From: the human T2T-CHM13v2.0 reference genome, Homo sapiens
Reading direction: 5' to 3' (one strand)
DNA length: 64,000 nucleotides
Assembly: GCF_009914755.1 (NCBI RefSeq)
Contig: NC_060946.1
The notes beneath the pieces are model-generated. The model was not told the DNA's origin. It did not search any database and worked only from the letters and a program-made list of their open reading frames with translations. A program made the position numbers and the translations under genes. Within the stretch, counting starts at the first letter, position 1. Each line of letters begins with the position of its first letter. Positions 32,566-45,238 of the stretch are shown here, piece by piece.

Positions 32566-32700
32566 AGCTGCCATTTGTCAGCACTTACGATGAGTCAGAC
32601 ATTGAGTTTTATACTTTATTCACAATGTAATCTAATCCTATGATAGCCCCTCAAGGAACTTATCATCATCCCTCAGATGAAGACACTGAGTTGAAGAGAG

Positions 32701-33145
32701 TGTATCAGCCAACTATTGCCGAGTAACAAACCACCCCCAAATCCAGTGGTTCACAGCAGCCATCACTTATTCTTGCTCACACATTTGCAAGTTGGCTTAG
32801 GGCTGGTTTGTCAAGGCTGGGCTCTGCATGGGGAGCTCGGCTGAGGTGGCTCAGCTCCACATGCTTCTGAACCTCCTGGGAGCAGAAGGCTGGCCTGAGA
32901 ATGTTCTTCTTAAGGCAGGAGTGCAGGAGAATGGATTAAAGCCTGCAACACATCTTTTAAAACAGGCATCCTGTCACTTACTCCTCATTCTATTATCTAA
33001 AGCAAGTCTTATGCCCAAACCCACAGTCAAAGGGCAGGGAAATATGCTCTGCTCCTTTAGTGGGATAAATTGCAAAGTCACATGGCAAAGAACACAGACA
33101 AAGGAGGGAATAAAGAGCTGGGGCCAATAATATGACCTAGCACAG
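32701..33145 (-). mobile_element. Old MLT1 (I/J-like) MaLR LTR
   Basis: 'tgtatcagcc...gagtaacaaaccacccccaaatccagtgg'; 'gcaaagtcacatggcaaag'. Confidence 0.65.
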
Positions 33146-33844
33146 GGATATTCATGATTCTCCTAAGATCAGAATGTGTGTGGGCTAGGGCCAGAATTCA
33201 ACCTGAAGCCACTGGGCTCCAACTCCCAAACTGTTCTGATTTTATCTCTTTGCTTTACAAAGACAGAACACTGAAGATTCTGCTCTCAGGGTGTTGATTG
33301 ACGTCTGGAAGGCAGAGACTCGTGGATTAGCAAGCATGTGTAAGAAAGTGCTCTGGATGCCACAGGGTGGTAATTTGTGCATGGAAAATGGCTGGGGTGA
33401 AGAGGAGACTAGGGTAAGTTCCACCTGAGGATGGAGAATGTGAAAGAAAGTTTTCCTAGGGGGCTGGTCTTTGAGTGGAATCTTGAAAGTTGGAGGAAGG
33501 GGAAGGAAAGGGTGTGCTGGGCTGAGGGAGTAGAGGGACAAAGGCCTGAAGGTTGGTAAGGTGATGGTGAGCTTGGGGGTTTACATGCAGTTCAATAAGA
33601 TTGGAACAGATTTTCCAGGGGTGGGGTGAGGGTACAGAAGTGTGAGCAGTGTCAGCAGTTTGGAAGGGTCTTGGAAAGGGATATCCAGAAAATAACTTCA
33701 GATCTTTGTACAAATGAGAAAACAGAGGTTCAGAAGGTTGATGGATGAGCCAACAGCCTCAAGGAGACTGCTGAGTATGTGGACTTGTGCCCCATCTCCT
33801 AGGGGAGAAGCTCTTTGGATGACCTATTAATAGTATGAGAGGTG

Positions 33845-34246
33845 TGTGTTAGTCCATTTTGCATTGCTATAAAGGAATACCCAAGGTTGCGTAATTTATA
33901 AATAAAGGAGGTTTATTTTGGCTTACAATTCTGGAGGCTATACAGGAGGGATGGCGCCAGCATCTGCTTCTGGGGAGGACCTCAGGAAGCTTCCAATTAT
34001 GGCAGAAGGTGAAGGGGGAGCAGGCATGTCACAAGATGGAGCAAGTGAGAGTGGGAAAGAGGTGTCAGTCCCTTTTAAAACAACCAGATCTTGTGGTAAC
34101 TCATTACCATGGGGAGGGCACCAAGCCATTCATGAGGCTTCCACCCCTATGACATAAACACCTTCCACTAGCTCCACCTCCAACATTGGGGATTACATTT
34201 CAACATGAGATTTTCAGGGGAGAGGCAAATATCCAAACTATATCAA
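33845..34246 (-). mobile_element. MST (A/B-like) MaLR solo LTR
   Basis: 'tgttagtccattttgcattgctataaaggaatacc' to 'aaatatccaaactatatca'. Confidence 0.88.
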
Positions 34247-34367
34247 GGTGTATGATGCATAGCAAAGGAGACAATGCCCAAGGCGTGATAGCCGGGGGAC
34301 TTGGTGGGCACTGGATGGAGGATTTGGAGGCCCAGATTGGAGAGCAAAAGGAAGAACTTGAGATTGA

Positions 34368-34726
34368 GTGTCTTAGTTCGTTTTCTGCTGCTCTAACAGA
34401 ATACCTGAAACCCAGCAATTTGTAAAGAACAGAAATGTATCCTTTTACAGTTCTGGAGGCTGGAAAGTCCAAGATCAATATGCTGGTACCTGGTGTGGGC
34501 CTTCTTACTGCATCTTCACATGGCAGAAGGTGGAAGGGCAAGAGAGGGGTGAACTCTGTGTCCTCACATGGCAGACAAGCAGAAGAGAGTGAATACACTT
34601 TAGCAAACCCTTTTCATAGTGGCATTAATCTATTCATGAGGGTGGAGCCCCACCTCCCAAAACTGCTGCATTGGGGATTAAGTTTCAACATGATTTTGGA
34701 GAAGACAAAACATTCAAATCATAGCA
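34368..34726 (-). mobile_element. MSTD/MLT1A-like MaLR LTR
   Basis: 'tgtcttagttcgttttctgctgct...acagttctggaggctggaaagtccaagatcaa...cattcaaatcatagca'. Confidence 0.8.
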
Positions 34727-35402
34727 ATGAGTGTAGGACGCAAGCCAGGTAACCTCACTGTATCAGTGAGCAGTTGTACCCTCACTGTATCAGACCAACG
34801 TTGGCTACAAATTTCCTGCTGCAAAACATGAGCTCTCAAATGGAAAAGAAATGAAGATAGTTCATGCCTTGTCACATGCAACAAAAACGTTGCTTTATTT
34901 TGTCTGGGAAGAGCAGAGAGCCACTGAAGGATTTTGAGCAGTGCAGCGATGGAGATAGGTTTTGAAGGTCATTTTGGGACTGGAGCATGAGGCAGCAAGA
35001 CAGCAGAAAGTCACCAAGTGGGGTCCAAGCTGATTCCATTGGCTTATTAGTGAAGGGCTCTAATCCTGCCAGGGGCTGGTGCCACAGAGTTGTGCCACAT
35101 GTGACAAAGGACATGCTCCCTGAGCCAATCTCTGGACTCTGCAAGTTCAGTGCTTAGGGTCAATCACTCATTCCAGAAATGTTTATTGAGCACTTACTTT
35201 GTGCCAGGCACTGTGCTAGAACTCGAGGTGGACACAACCATGAGCAAAGAGGCAAACAAATCTATGCCATCATGGAGCTTGCAGTTTGAAGAGTTCCTCA
35301 ACTGGGGCAAACCCAGTGATTGTTTCTCAATTCCTTCACTGTTTGTTCAGCTCCCTTGACAGCTGGTCCATTCCGTCTCAGGCTATACCTAGCACACAGT
35401 GA

Positions 35403-36189
<787 letters not shown>

Positions 36190-36395
36190 TAGAGTGGCCA
36201 AGTAGCTTGCTCAAGAGCACACGGCATTAGAGATAGGGCGGGGAAAAGAGCTCTTTCCACTATTTAGTCTTTTAATATATTTTTGTTTGTTTTCACTGGT
36301 AATTATTGAGTGTCCACTGTGTGTGAGGTCTTGGAAACGCAGATATGAATAAGTCGCAAGGAGTCCCTATGCCCTTGAAGCCTCACCATCTAGTC

Positions 36396-36582
36396 TAGTG
36401 TAGTCCAGTGTAACTTTCAGGGTGATAGAATCATTCCATGTGGTAGCCACAAACCAAATGTGACTGCTGCAACTGAAATGTGCCTGGTGCAACTGAGGAA
36501 GTCTTAACTTTATCTCATTTAAATTAATTTAAACTTAGGCATCCACATTTGGTCAGTGGCAGCTGTGTTGGACATTGCAAGT
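36396..36582. mobile_element. MER3-like hAT-Charlie MITE
   Basis: 'gtggtagccac...gaaatgtgcctggtgcaactgaggaa...gtggcagctgtgttggaca'. Confidence 0.65.
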
Positions 36583-36619
36583 CTAGTCTATGGTCACATG
36601 ACCTCACACACACACACAT

Positions 36620-36995
36620 TGATATTGTTTGGCTGTGTCTCTACTCAAATCTCATCTTCAATTGTAGTTCCCATAATCCCCACGTGTCGTGGGAGGGACC
36701 TGGTGGGAGGTAATTTAATCACAGGGGCATTTACCCTCATGCTGTTCTGGTGATAGTGAGTGAGTTCTCACTAGATCTGATGGTTTTATAAGGGGCTTTT
36801 CCCCCTTTGGCTTGGCACTTCTTTGTCCTGCCACCCCGTGAAGAAGGACATGTTTATGTCCCCTTCCACTATGATTGTAAGTTTCCTGAGGCCTTCCCAG
36901 CCCTGCAGAACTGAGAGTCAATTAAACCTCTTTCCTTTATAAACTACCCAGTCTCCAGTATGTCTTTATTAGCAGCGTGAGAACAGACTAATACA
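36620..36995 (+). mobile_element. THE1 (B/C-like) MaLR solo LTR
   Basis: Termini 'tgatattgtttggctgtgtc' and 'gaacagactaataca'; TSD cacat/cacag. Confidence 0.92.
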
Positions 36996-37044
36996 CACAG
37001 TCATGAACTGTGATGAGTGCTGTGATAGATCAGAACCACTACAT

Positions 37045-37620
37045 TGTGGGTCCGCAGGACCACTGACAGGTTCCATGAGTGATTTCAAGTTCTTTACTAG
37101 AAGGACTCCCAGAACTCAGAAGACCTGTTATCCTCATGGTTATGGTTTATTACAACAAAAGGATTCAGATTAAAATCTGCCAAAGAAAAAGGTGCATAGG
37201 GCAGGGTCCAGGAGAGACTTCCAGTTGTCCTCTCCCAGTGGAATCTTACAAACATGCTTAATTCTCCCACCAATGATGGGTGACAACATGTATCGAGTGT
37301 TGCCAACCATGGAAACTCACCTGAGCCTTGGTGTTCAGGGTTTTAATTGGAGGTCAGTCACATAGGTGTGGAGTTACCTATGGAATGACCTTAATTACTT
37401 GGTCACCAGCCCCTCCAGAAGTCAACGTGATATAATCACATGGTTACATAGATTGTCTGGCCTGGTTTGGCCCAAGTGCCCAGGTATACAAAGACACTTG
37501 AGTTAGGGAGGATACTGCAAGAGCTTAGAGTTACTCTCCCAGCAGTCAGTCAGGTGCTTTCTTTGGAACATGCAGGGTGTGAACACCGTAAGTCTGCTAA
37601 GTTAACCCTTTAATGCACAC
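37045..37620 (-). mobile_element. MER21-like ERVL LTR
   Basis: 'ctagaaggactcccagaactcagaa...ttatggtttattacaacaaaaggattcagattaaaatc'. Confidence 0.7.
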
Positions 37621-37900
37621 TAGGAATCTATTGGGGAAAATGACGGGGGCTTTGAAGCTTGGAGATTTAGAGAAGGTGTTGCTTGTTGCTGACCATTTCA
37701 TCTGAGTAAGTTATCACCCTTCTCAGTGGCATGCTCCTACCATTTGACTTATTGTAATTTATAATTTTTCTATTTATCTGCTTGTTTACTTGCTTTTATC
37801 TGCCTCGTTTGCTAAACTAAGAGCTCCAGGAGGGTAATTTGTGTGTCTGTTTAGTTTCCTCAGTTTTCCCAGGCCTTAGCATGCTTAGTGTGCTGCTTTG

Positions 37901-38690
37901 CAGGGCCAACACTAGGAAATGAACCAAATGAGGCACTGTTCTGGGGTGCAAAATTTAAGGGGCGACAGAAGCAGTGATAAAAAAATCAGTAATCAAGATA
38001 AATAATGTTATAATGTAGTATTTTCAGAAATCAAAATGCAAAAAATCAAAAATATCAAAATGTTAAATAAAGATGGTGTAGTAGTTTGTTCTCGCATTGC
38101 TATAAAGAACTACCTGAGACTGGGTAATTTATAAACAAAAGAGGTTTAATTGACTCACAGTTCTGCAGGCTGTACAGGAGGCATGGCTGGGGGGCCTCAG
38201 GAAACTTACAATCATGGCAGAAGGCGAAAGGGAAGCAGGCACATCTTACATTGTCAGAGAAGGAGACAGAGGCTGAAGCGGGAGGTGCCACACACTTTTA
38301 AACAACCAGATCTCGTGAGAAATCACTTATCACAACAACAGCAAGGGGGGAAATCTGCCCCCATGATCCAATCGCCTCCCACTAGGCCCCTCTTCCAACA
38401 TTGTGGATTACAATTCCAGATGAGAGTTGGGTGGGGACACAAATCCAAACCATATCTGATGGAATCTATTGTTGATTTTCCCCTTGGCAACAGGGTCCAG
38501 TAACGGCTTGGCATCATTACTGATCCTGTCTTTATGAGAAATTTTGAGATTTTGTTCATTATGGGCTTTTTGAATTAATTGTGATTTTTAAACATAGGGG
38601 ATTAAATATTATTTATTTTGAGCACTGAATTCTTTGGTAATCCCTTAAATTTTGCACCTAATGGAAGTGCCTCATCTACCTTGCCCTCCT
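37901..38690. mobile_element. MER96B-like hAT-Tip100 element split by an MST LTR
   Basis: Inverted termini 'gaggcac...gtgcaaaatttaagggg' and 'cccttaaattttgcacc...gtgcctc'. Confidence 0.7.
38077..38457 (-). mobile_element. MSTA-like MaLR solo LTR
   Basis: 'tgtagtagtttgttctcgcattgctataaagaactacctgagactggg'; 5-bp TSD gatgg at 38072-38076 and 38458-38462. Confidence 0.9.
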
Positions 38691-39089
38691 CCTTGCTCTG
38701 CTGCTTGCTACACATAAGGCCCTAACAAATATTTATTGGATAAAGAAGCACTCGTCTATGAGGTGGATATTGGATTCTCTGTTTTTTCAATGGTGAAAAC
38801 TCAGGGAAGGCTCAGGGAGGTAAAGCAAGTTGCCTAAGACACAGGAGAGGGGTTGACATTCATTCTCAGATTGTCTTTCTGCAAAGCCTGGGCATTTATC
38901 CACTCTTTCCAGCTGCTTCCCCTTTTCCCTGCCTCTGTGCATCCTAACCTGGGGCGGACCCTCCTAGGGATCCCCTGCAGAGTGAAGTCTCAGGGCAAAG
39001 GAGGCTAAGTGGGGAGCAAAGAGGAAAAGGTCGGGAATTGAGAGGGTGTAACATTCTTCCAGGCATTGGGATGGAGAAACATGATTGGC

Positions 39090-39720
39090 ACATTCCAGGC
39101 GAGACAAAACCCCCGCCTTTGTCACTCACTGTAAATTGTCCCCCAATCACTGGGCTGACAGAGATGGATTTCCAGTTTTCATAGCACAATTAAGCTTTCT
39201 CGGGAGTCTCACGGGGGAAGGAGGTAGTTGGTTTACTTGCGAATGCTTGGGGGTAATTTTCTAATGTTCCTTCCACCATTACAAAGGCTCTGCTCCAATC
39301 TCTTATCATATGTAATTCCTAATGATTTCTCTGTTATGTCCTGTTTTATTAAAGCGTCATTGAACTATACCCTATTGATTTAGATTTCACAGACAATTGA
39401 AATTTAAATTGACTCCAAATTGAATGTCTCCATGTAATCTCTGTTCTGCAATAAAGATAGATAAAATGCTTCTATTTTTGATAACAAGTTATACTGGAGG
39501 CACATTTTAATTTTGGGAGGGAAGAAAAAAATGTTGACGGAGTCTTGACTTTCTTTGAAAAGTGGCTGATGGTTCAAGGCCCAGGAGGTTGTTTTTTGTT
39601 TTTCTCTGGGGCATGGTGCTGGAGCTATAAAATTCTGGAATGTCTGGACTGACTCACAGGTGGGAGAGGAAGGTGATAGAGTCTGATCCATTAATTAATT
39701 AATTGGGTGATCCATCCACA
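39090..39720. promoter_or_regulatory. Candidate conserved non-coding enhancer
   Basis: TE-free, AT-rich, dense in TAAT, ACAAT, ACAAAG/CTTTG and TGACA motifs; TTAATTAATTAATT at 39691-39704. Function is inferred only. Confidence 0.45.
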
Positions 39721-40236
39721 AATCCATCCATTTCTCTGGTGAGCACAGCATGCAAGGTGAGAGGAAAGAGTGAGCCATAGCTCTCATGATGTGCATGACT
39801 CCAAGCTCACGTCATTTGAGAGTTGTGTCTAGGGAGCCACCATGCAAAAAAGAAGGGAGAGACATCATTGCAACCAACCAAAGGATGCTGTCTTTCAATA
39901 ACCCCATCCAAGCCAGAATCTTCATGGCAATGTTCTTTCTTTCCTCTAAAGGTGAAGGTCAGCAGTTAGAGCTTGAGAAGGATGACCAAAAGAAGAAAAA
40001 AATGTGTCACCCCATGAATTCTCTATTCTTTATGAGATAGATGATCTAGAAAAGGGAGAATCAATAAAGCAATTATCTGAAGCTGGAAAGATGTTGAACT
40101 AGCCAGATCCTTGAGATTCTTTCAGAATAGTTCTAAGTATGAGGAATCGTGGTTTCTAGAAGGTTCTAGATCTACCAGGAAACCTACCCCACCTGAACCC
40201 CAGCATTCAGGAGACATAGGTTGAATAGTTGGAAGA

Positions 40237-40740
40237 GTGTGTTAGTTTCCTATGCTTGCATACTTACAGATGGCCACAAACTTACTGGATTAAACCAACA
40301 TCAATGTATTATTTTATGGTTCTGGATGTTGGAAGTCCAAAGGGTCTTATAGAGCAGTAATCAACATGTCAGAAGAGCTTTGACCCTTCTGAAGGGTCTA
40401 GGAGCGAATTGGTTTCCTTCCCTTTTCTAGCTTCTAGAGGCCACTTGCATTCCTTAGCTCATGTCCCCTTCCTTCCTCCATTATCAAAGCCAGCTGGCTC
40501 TTTAGATCTCTCTCTCTGGCCTCTGTTTCTATCCCCACATCTCTGATTTTGACCCTCTTGCTTCTCTCTTGTGACTACATTGGGTGCACCTGTATCATTC
40601 AGGATAATCCTTCCATCCCTAGATCCTTAACTTAATCATGCCTGCAAAGTCCCTTTCACCATGTGAGGTAAAGTATTCTCTCATTCTGAGGATTGGGTTG
40701 TGGACATCTTTGGAGGGGTCATTATTCTGTCTACTACAAA
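40237..40740 (-). mobile_element. MLT1D/E-like MaLR LTR
   Basis: 'tgtgttagtttcctatg...cttctagaggccacttgcattccttagctcatgtcccc...atccttaacttaatcatgcctgcaaagtccc'. Confidence 0.75.
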
Positions 40741-42519
40741 GGGATTTGAAATGCTCACATTAGAGTAACCTCATTTTATGCATAGTATTCCCTCTCATAG
40801 CAAAATTCACTGAGGTTGTCCCAAGATGGAAGCCAATTGTGAAGATGAGAGCAGGGGATGGAACTCAAGATTCTTGCATCCCCTTCCAGCTTTATCTTGT
40901 CAGGTGGTCTCTGTGGTTCCAGTACCCATGAGGGAGCTGAGTCTGAAGGACCTTGGAGCTTTGCAGATATAAAGAAAAAGCTGATTTAAGCTTCCCCAGT
41001 TTTCCCTGCCCCCTTCATGAAAGAATTACAGCATATAATAAGAAAAATCTGGAGAAACACTTATTTTTATGGAGGGCTGGAGGACCCCAAGGTCAAACAG
41101 TGAATGGGACTGAACAAAAGGTAAGGATGTGACTCACCCATTCAGTAAAACTTGTTGATGCCACAGTGAAATTTCCCGCCTAGTGCACTAGCTAGAAATG
41201 CAAAAGGCACTCACCGTGGAGTGTAATAAGTGGGGGTTAAACACATGCTATGGAGGAGAACAGAAGGGGAACCCACACTGGTGACACCAGGCATGGCTTC
41301 CTGAAGAAAGTGGCCTCTAAGCTGATACTTGTAGGATGTGGAGGAGCTAGCCAGGAGAGTGGGCAATGGAGTTGAAAGAAACTTCTTGTCAGAGGGGAAA
41401 AGCATGTGCAAAGGTCCTGAGGTGAGAGAGAGCATGTCCACTCAGGGAAGTGAAGGAAGTCCAGTCTGGTGAGAGTGTTAAGTCTGAGAGAAAGACTAGA
41501 TAGAACGAGGCTCGGAGGTCTCCTAATTTTCATCCCCTGAACTTTATGCAGTTGTAATTTTAAGGTCATTTGTGACATTATTCAGTGTTTCCCTCACTGA
41601 ATTGTGAGCTCATAAGGGCAGTAGTTGTGTCTGTCTTGGTCAAAGCTGAATCCCCAGGACCTAGCATGGTGCTTAGCAGCTATAAATAGTGTTGAATGAA
41701 TGAACGAGTAAGGTTAGAGAGGCAGGCATGAGCCAGATCCTGAATTGATTTGAATGCCATGGTAAATTGCTGAGCTTCTTTCCACTGTGGGTGGCCGGGA
41801 GCTGGACTGGGCTCTATTTCAGGCTACAAGAGGATCAAGTAGACATTTGGTGGTGGAGTGGGGCCATGAAAAAAAAAAAAAAAAAACACTTTGATAGGAC
41901 ACCCTTAGCAGACAGGGACTATCACAGGAGTCCTATATTTAGAGCTTAAATAACCAAGAGTGGCTGGCTCTTGCCTGCCGTGGCATTTACTGATTATGGT
42001 CACTCCCTGGCTAAAATTCAGGGCATGTGCCTGTCTCTGAGGCCCACCAGGTGTCTCTTTCAGCCCTGATGGGCTGTTTGTTGAGGGTACAGCCTGTGTG
42101 TTTCATCTTGAGCTGTCGTCCACAGTGTCCTAAGGCCACTAGAAGTGCTAACCCAGAGTCCATTCCAAGTCATGTCGAATTTATCTCTTGGGGTGACTGG
42201 GCAGTTGGAGGAAACACCCTGTATTGTAATTGGCTTTGGACACTGAGCATGGTGCCTGGCACAGAGTAGGCACTCAGCAAATTCTTTCTGAATTATGAGT
42301 GAATGCCTGCTATAAATGAATCCTTAGATATCATTAAATTCCAACATGCAACGGACAGATGAGGAAGTCGAGGCCCAGAGAAGAGCCTTGATCAGGGTCC
42401 CACTGCGAATGGTCAGGGAACACAAGTCTAGAGCCCCTGACCCGTGTCCTTTGTCCTATTGTGATTGTAAATGGTAAAAGTAAAAGTAGATGGGCATCTC
42501 CTGCCAGTGAGTTCTATCT

Positions 42520-43710
42520 AATCCCTCCCATTCCATCTAGTTTATCCAGTCTCATCATGTACTATCCAAGTCACCCCACTCTATCCCACTACACCCCAAA
42601 CTACCCACCCCTCCCCATCCCATCCCACCATATCCTGTCCCATCTCACTTAACCCCTCCCCATCCCACCCCCACCTCATCCCATCGCATCTCACCCCATC
42701 TCATCCCACCCCATCCATCCCATCCCACCCCATCCCACCCCATCCCCTCTCACCTCCTCCCACTCCACTCCATCAATTCCCATCCCATCTCATCTCATCC
42801 CACTCCGCTCCATCCATTCCCATCCCATCTCATCTCATCCCATCCCATCCCATCTCATCCCATCCCATCCAATCCCATCTCATCCCATCTCATCCCATCC
42901 CATCCCATCCCACCATATCCTGTCCCATCTCACTTCACCCCCCCATCCCACCCCCACCTCATCCCATCCCATCTCACCCCATCTCATCCCACCCCATCCA
43001 TCCCATCCCACCCCATCGCCTCTCATCTCCTCCCACTCCACCCCTCTCATCTCCTCCCACTCCACTCTATCCCATCCCATCCCATCCCATCCCATCCCAT
43101 CCCATCCTATCCCACCCCATGTTTCTCCACTCTACTTCATCCCATGCTGTCCCACCCCTACTTTCATCTTCACTCCCCTTCCCCTTATTTCTTCCCTGTT
43201 CCTTTCCCTCACATTTCCCCCATCCCATTCCAAACATTTCCATCCTTTCCCATCCCTTTTCCTTCCACTCCATCCCTTTCCATCCCATTCAGTCTCACTC
43301 CATCCTTCCCTTTCCACCTCAACCCTTGACATCCCTCCCCACCTCATTTCATCCTATCCCATGCCTTCTCATCCCACCCCCTCTCATCCCAGCCCTCCCC
43401 TTCCCACCCCACCCCATCCCATCTCATATATCCTTTCAATCCTGCAACTATCCCATTCCACACCATCTCACCCCACTCCATTCTTTTCTGCTTCGCTCTA
43501 CTCCATTCCATTCCATTTCACTCCACTTTATTCCACCCTTCCCATTTCATCTTATTCTATTGTATTATATTTTTTGTACCATCTCGTTCCATTTGAATCC
43601 ACTCCATTCCATTCTACTCCATTGCATTTTATTCCATACATTCCATCATTTCCACTTCATCCCTTCCATTCTACCACAATCAATGTCATCCCTATTCATC
43701 CCATTCATAT
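42520..43710. repeat. Degenerate (CCATC)n grading into (CATTC)n, low-complexity tract
   Basis: About 1.2 kb of C/T-rich pentamers, almost G-free on the + strand. Confidence 0.92.
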
Positions 43711-44714
43711 CTTTCATGCTTAGAAGTATTTACCGTGTGCCTCCAAGATGCCAAACCCTGAATTTCTCAGGATGAAAAGCAGGCTTTGATTTTGGAGACA
43801 AAGAACACGTTGCTTGACAAGGTGTCTGATCCATCTCTCTGCTGCATCCTTCAGCTTAGCCTGTCAATAAACCCAGGAGCAAAAGGATCTTATGATTGTC
43901 CATTCACTGATAAGCAGAACTTTGGTTCCCATTTGGGTATAATTTTGGGGTTGTATTGCAGGGAGTCTCAGCAGAAGAGTGAGTGGGTAGTCATCAAATC
44001 CTTTCCTAAACTTTATCCCTCATTCTTGAGGAATGCTCAGGCCAGTTTCTCACTTGCATTCCTGTTCTCCTGTGGGGATGGGGAGCTTTCCAGATCCTAG
44101 AGTCTCAGGAGGGACCCAGATGGTCTGCTGAGCTGTGTGTGATTTCCTCCCCTAATGGCCTTTGCCCAACCCCGGTTGGGTTTCTTCTCCCCACAGGCTG
44201 CCCTTTTCCCTCCATCCCACTTTTCCTGCAGCACATTCTCTGCCTGGAAGCTTGTTGGCCATGCTCAGATGGGATTCCCTCACACGTGCACCCAATCCAT
44301 CCTCAAGTCCACTCTGCCTCATTAAAGGCTGGGTATTTACATGAGCTGCTGCTGTGTTTCTAGCACGCCCCCTGTGCTTGGACCCCAAGCTCGTCCGGAA
44401 GACCCCCTAAGATGCAGTGGCTCTCTGCCTTCTCTTGGCTGCCCCCTCTTCCCCAGCCTTCCCCAGGTCGTCTCCTGCTTGCCCTTGAGTCTCCTGGGCT
44501 TGGGAAGGGGAAAGCACCTGGCACATAATTGCTGCTTAATAAACGAATCCATCCTCATTAGGGCTTGATTGGTCATTAGCCTCATTATCCAGCAGCAGAG
44601 GGCTGGGGAAGTTTTCAGAATGCCGGTGCAGAGGGAGACCAGTCGGGGCGTGGACTCTAATCTCTATTTTGTGGACAGGACAACATCCAGAGGTGTCCAG
44701 AAAGAAGGTGGCCT

Positions 44715-44895
44715 TGACCAGAATTCCTCAGCCTTGGCTGCACATGAGAACCAGTGAGGGAGCCCTAAAAACGCTGATGCCCAGGCTCCACCCAGACCTA
44801 TAGGTGCAGAACCTCTAGGGGAGGGCCCAGCCATCGCGCTTTGAAAAATCTCCTCAGGTAATTTTAATGTGCAGCCAAAAAGGCTTGAAACTTCA
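44715..44895. mobile_element. MER5A-like hAT-Charlie MITE
   Basis: 'ccttggctgcacat...ctgatgcccaggctccacccaga...ctcctcaggtaattttaatgtgcagcca'. Confidence 0.75.
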
Positions 44896-44992
44896 TTTTT
44901 AATCTCTTGGGTGAAGGAAAATGTGGTTTGGCCATTGGAGCATTGCCTTACATGGATACTTAATAAATTGCAACTTCCCTGAAATCTTGGAT

Positions 44993-45238
44993 CTTCTTCT
45001 CCTCCTTCTTCTCCTTCCCCTTCCCCTTCTCCCTCTCCCTCTTCCCCTCTTCCTCCTCCTCCTCCTTCTTCTTCTCCTCCTTCCCCTTCCCCTCCTCCTT
45101 GTTCTCCTCCTTCTCCTTCCCCCTCTCCCTCTCCCTCCCACTCCCCACCTCCCCTCCCCTCCCCCTCCCTCCTCCTCCTCTTCTTCTTCTTCCTCTTCCT
45201 CTTCTTCTTCTGTTCCTTCTTGCTTCTTTCTTCTTCTT
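44993..45238. repeat. Polypyrimidine/polypurine tract (expanded tail of an Alu fragment at ~45236-45292)
   Basis: About 245 bp of C/T with only a few purines, running into 'gaggcagggtctcgctctgttgccca'. Confidence 0.9.

Noticed and set aside
34753-34795. 14-bp direct repeat cctcactgtatcag
   Set aside because: Short slippage-type duplication with no further structure; similar trivial cases occur at ~20263-20282 and ~52375-52403
43119-43775. 218-aa Pro/His/Ser/Phe-rich ORF
   Set aside because: Direct translation of the (CCATC/CATTC)n low-complexity tract
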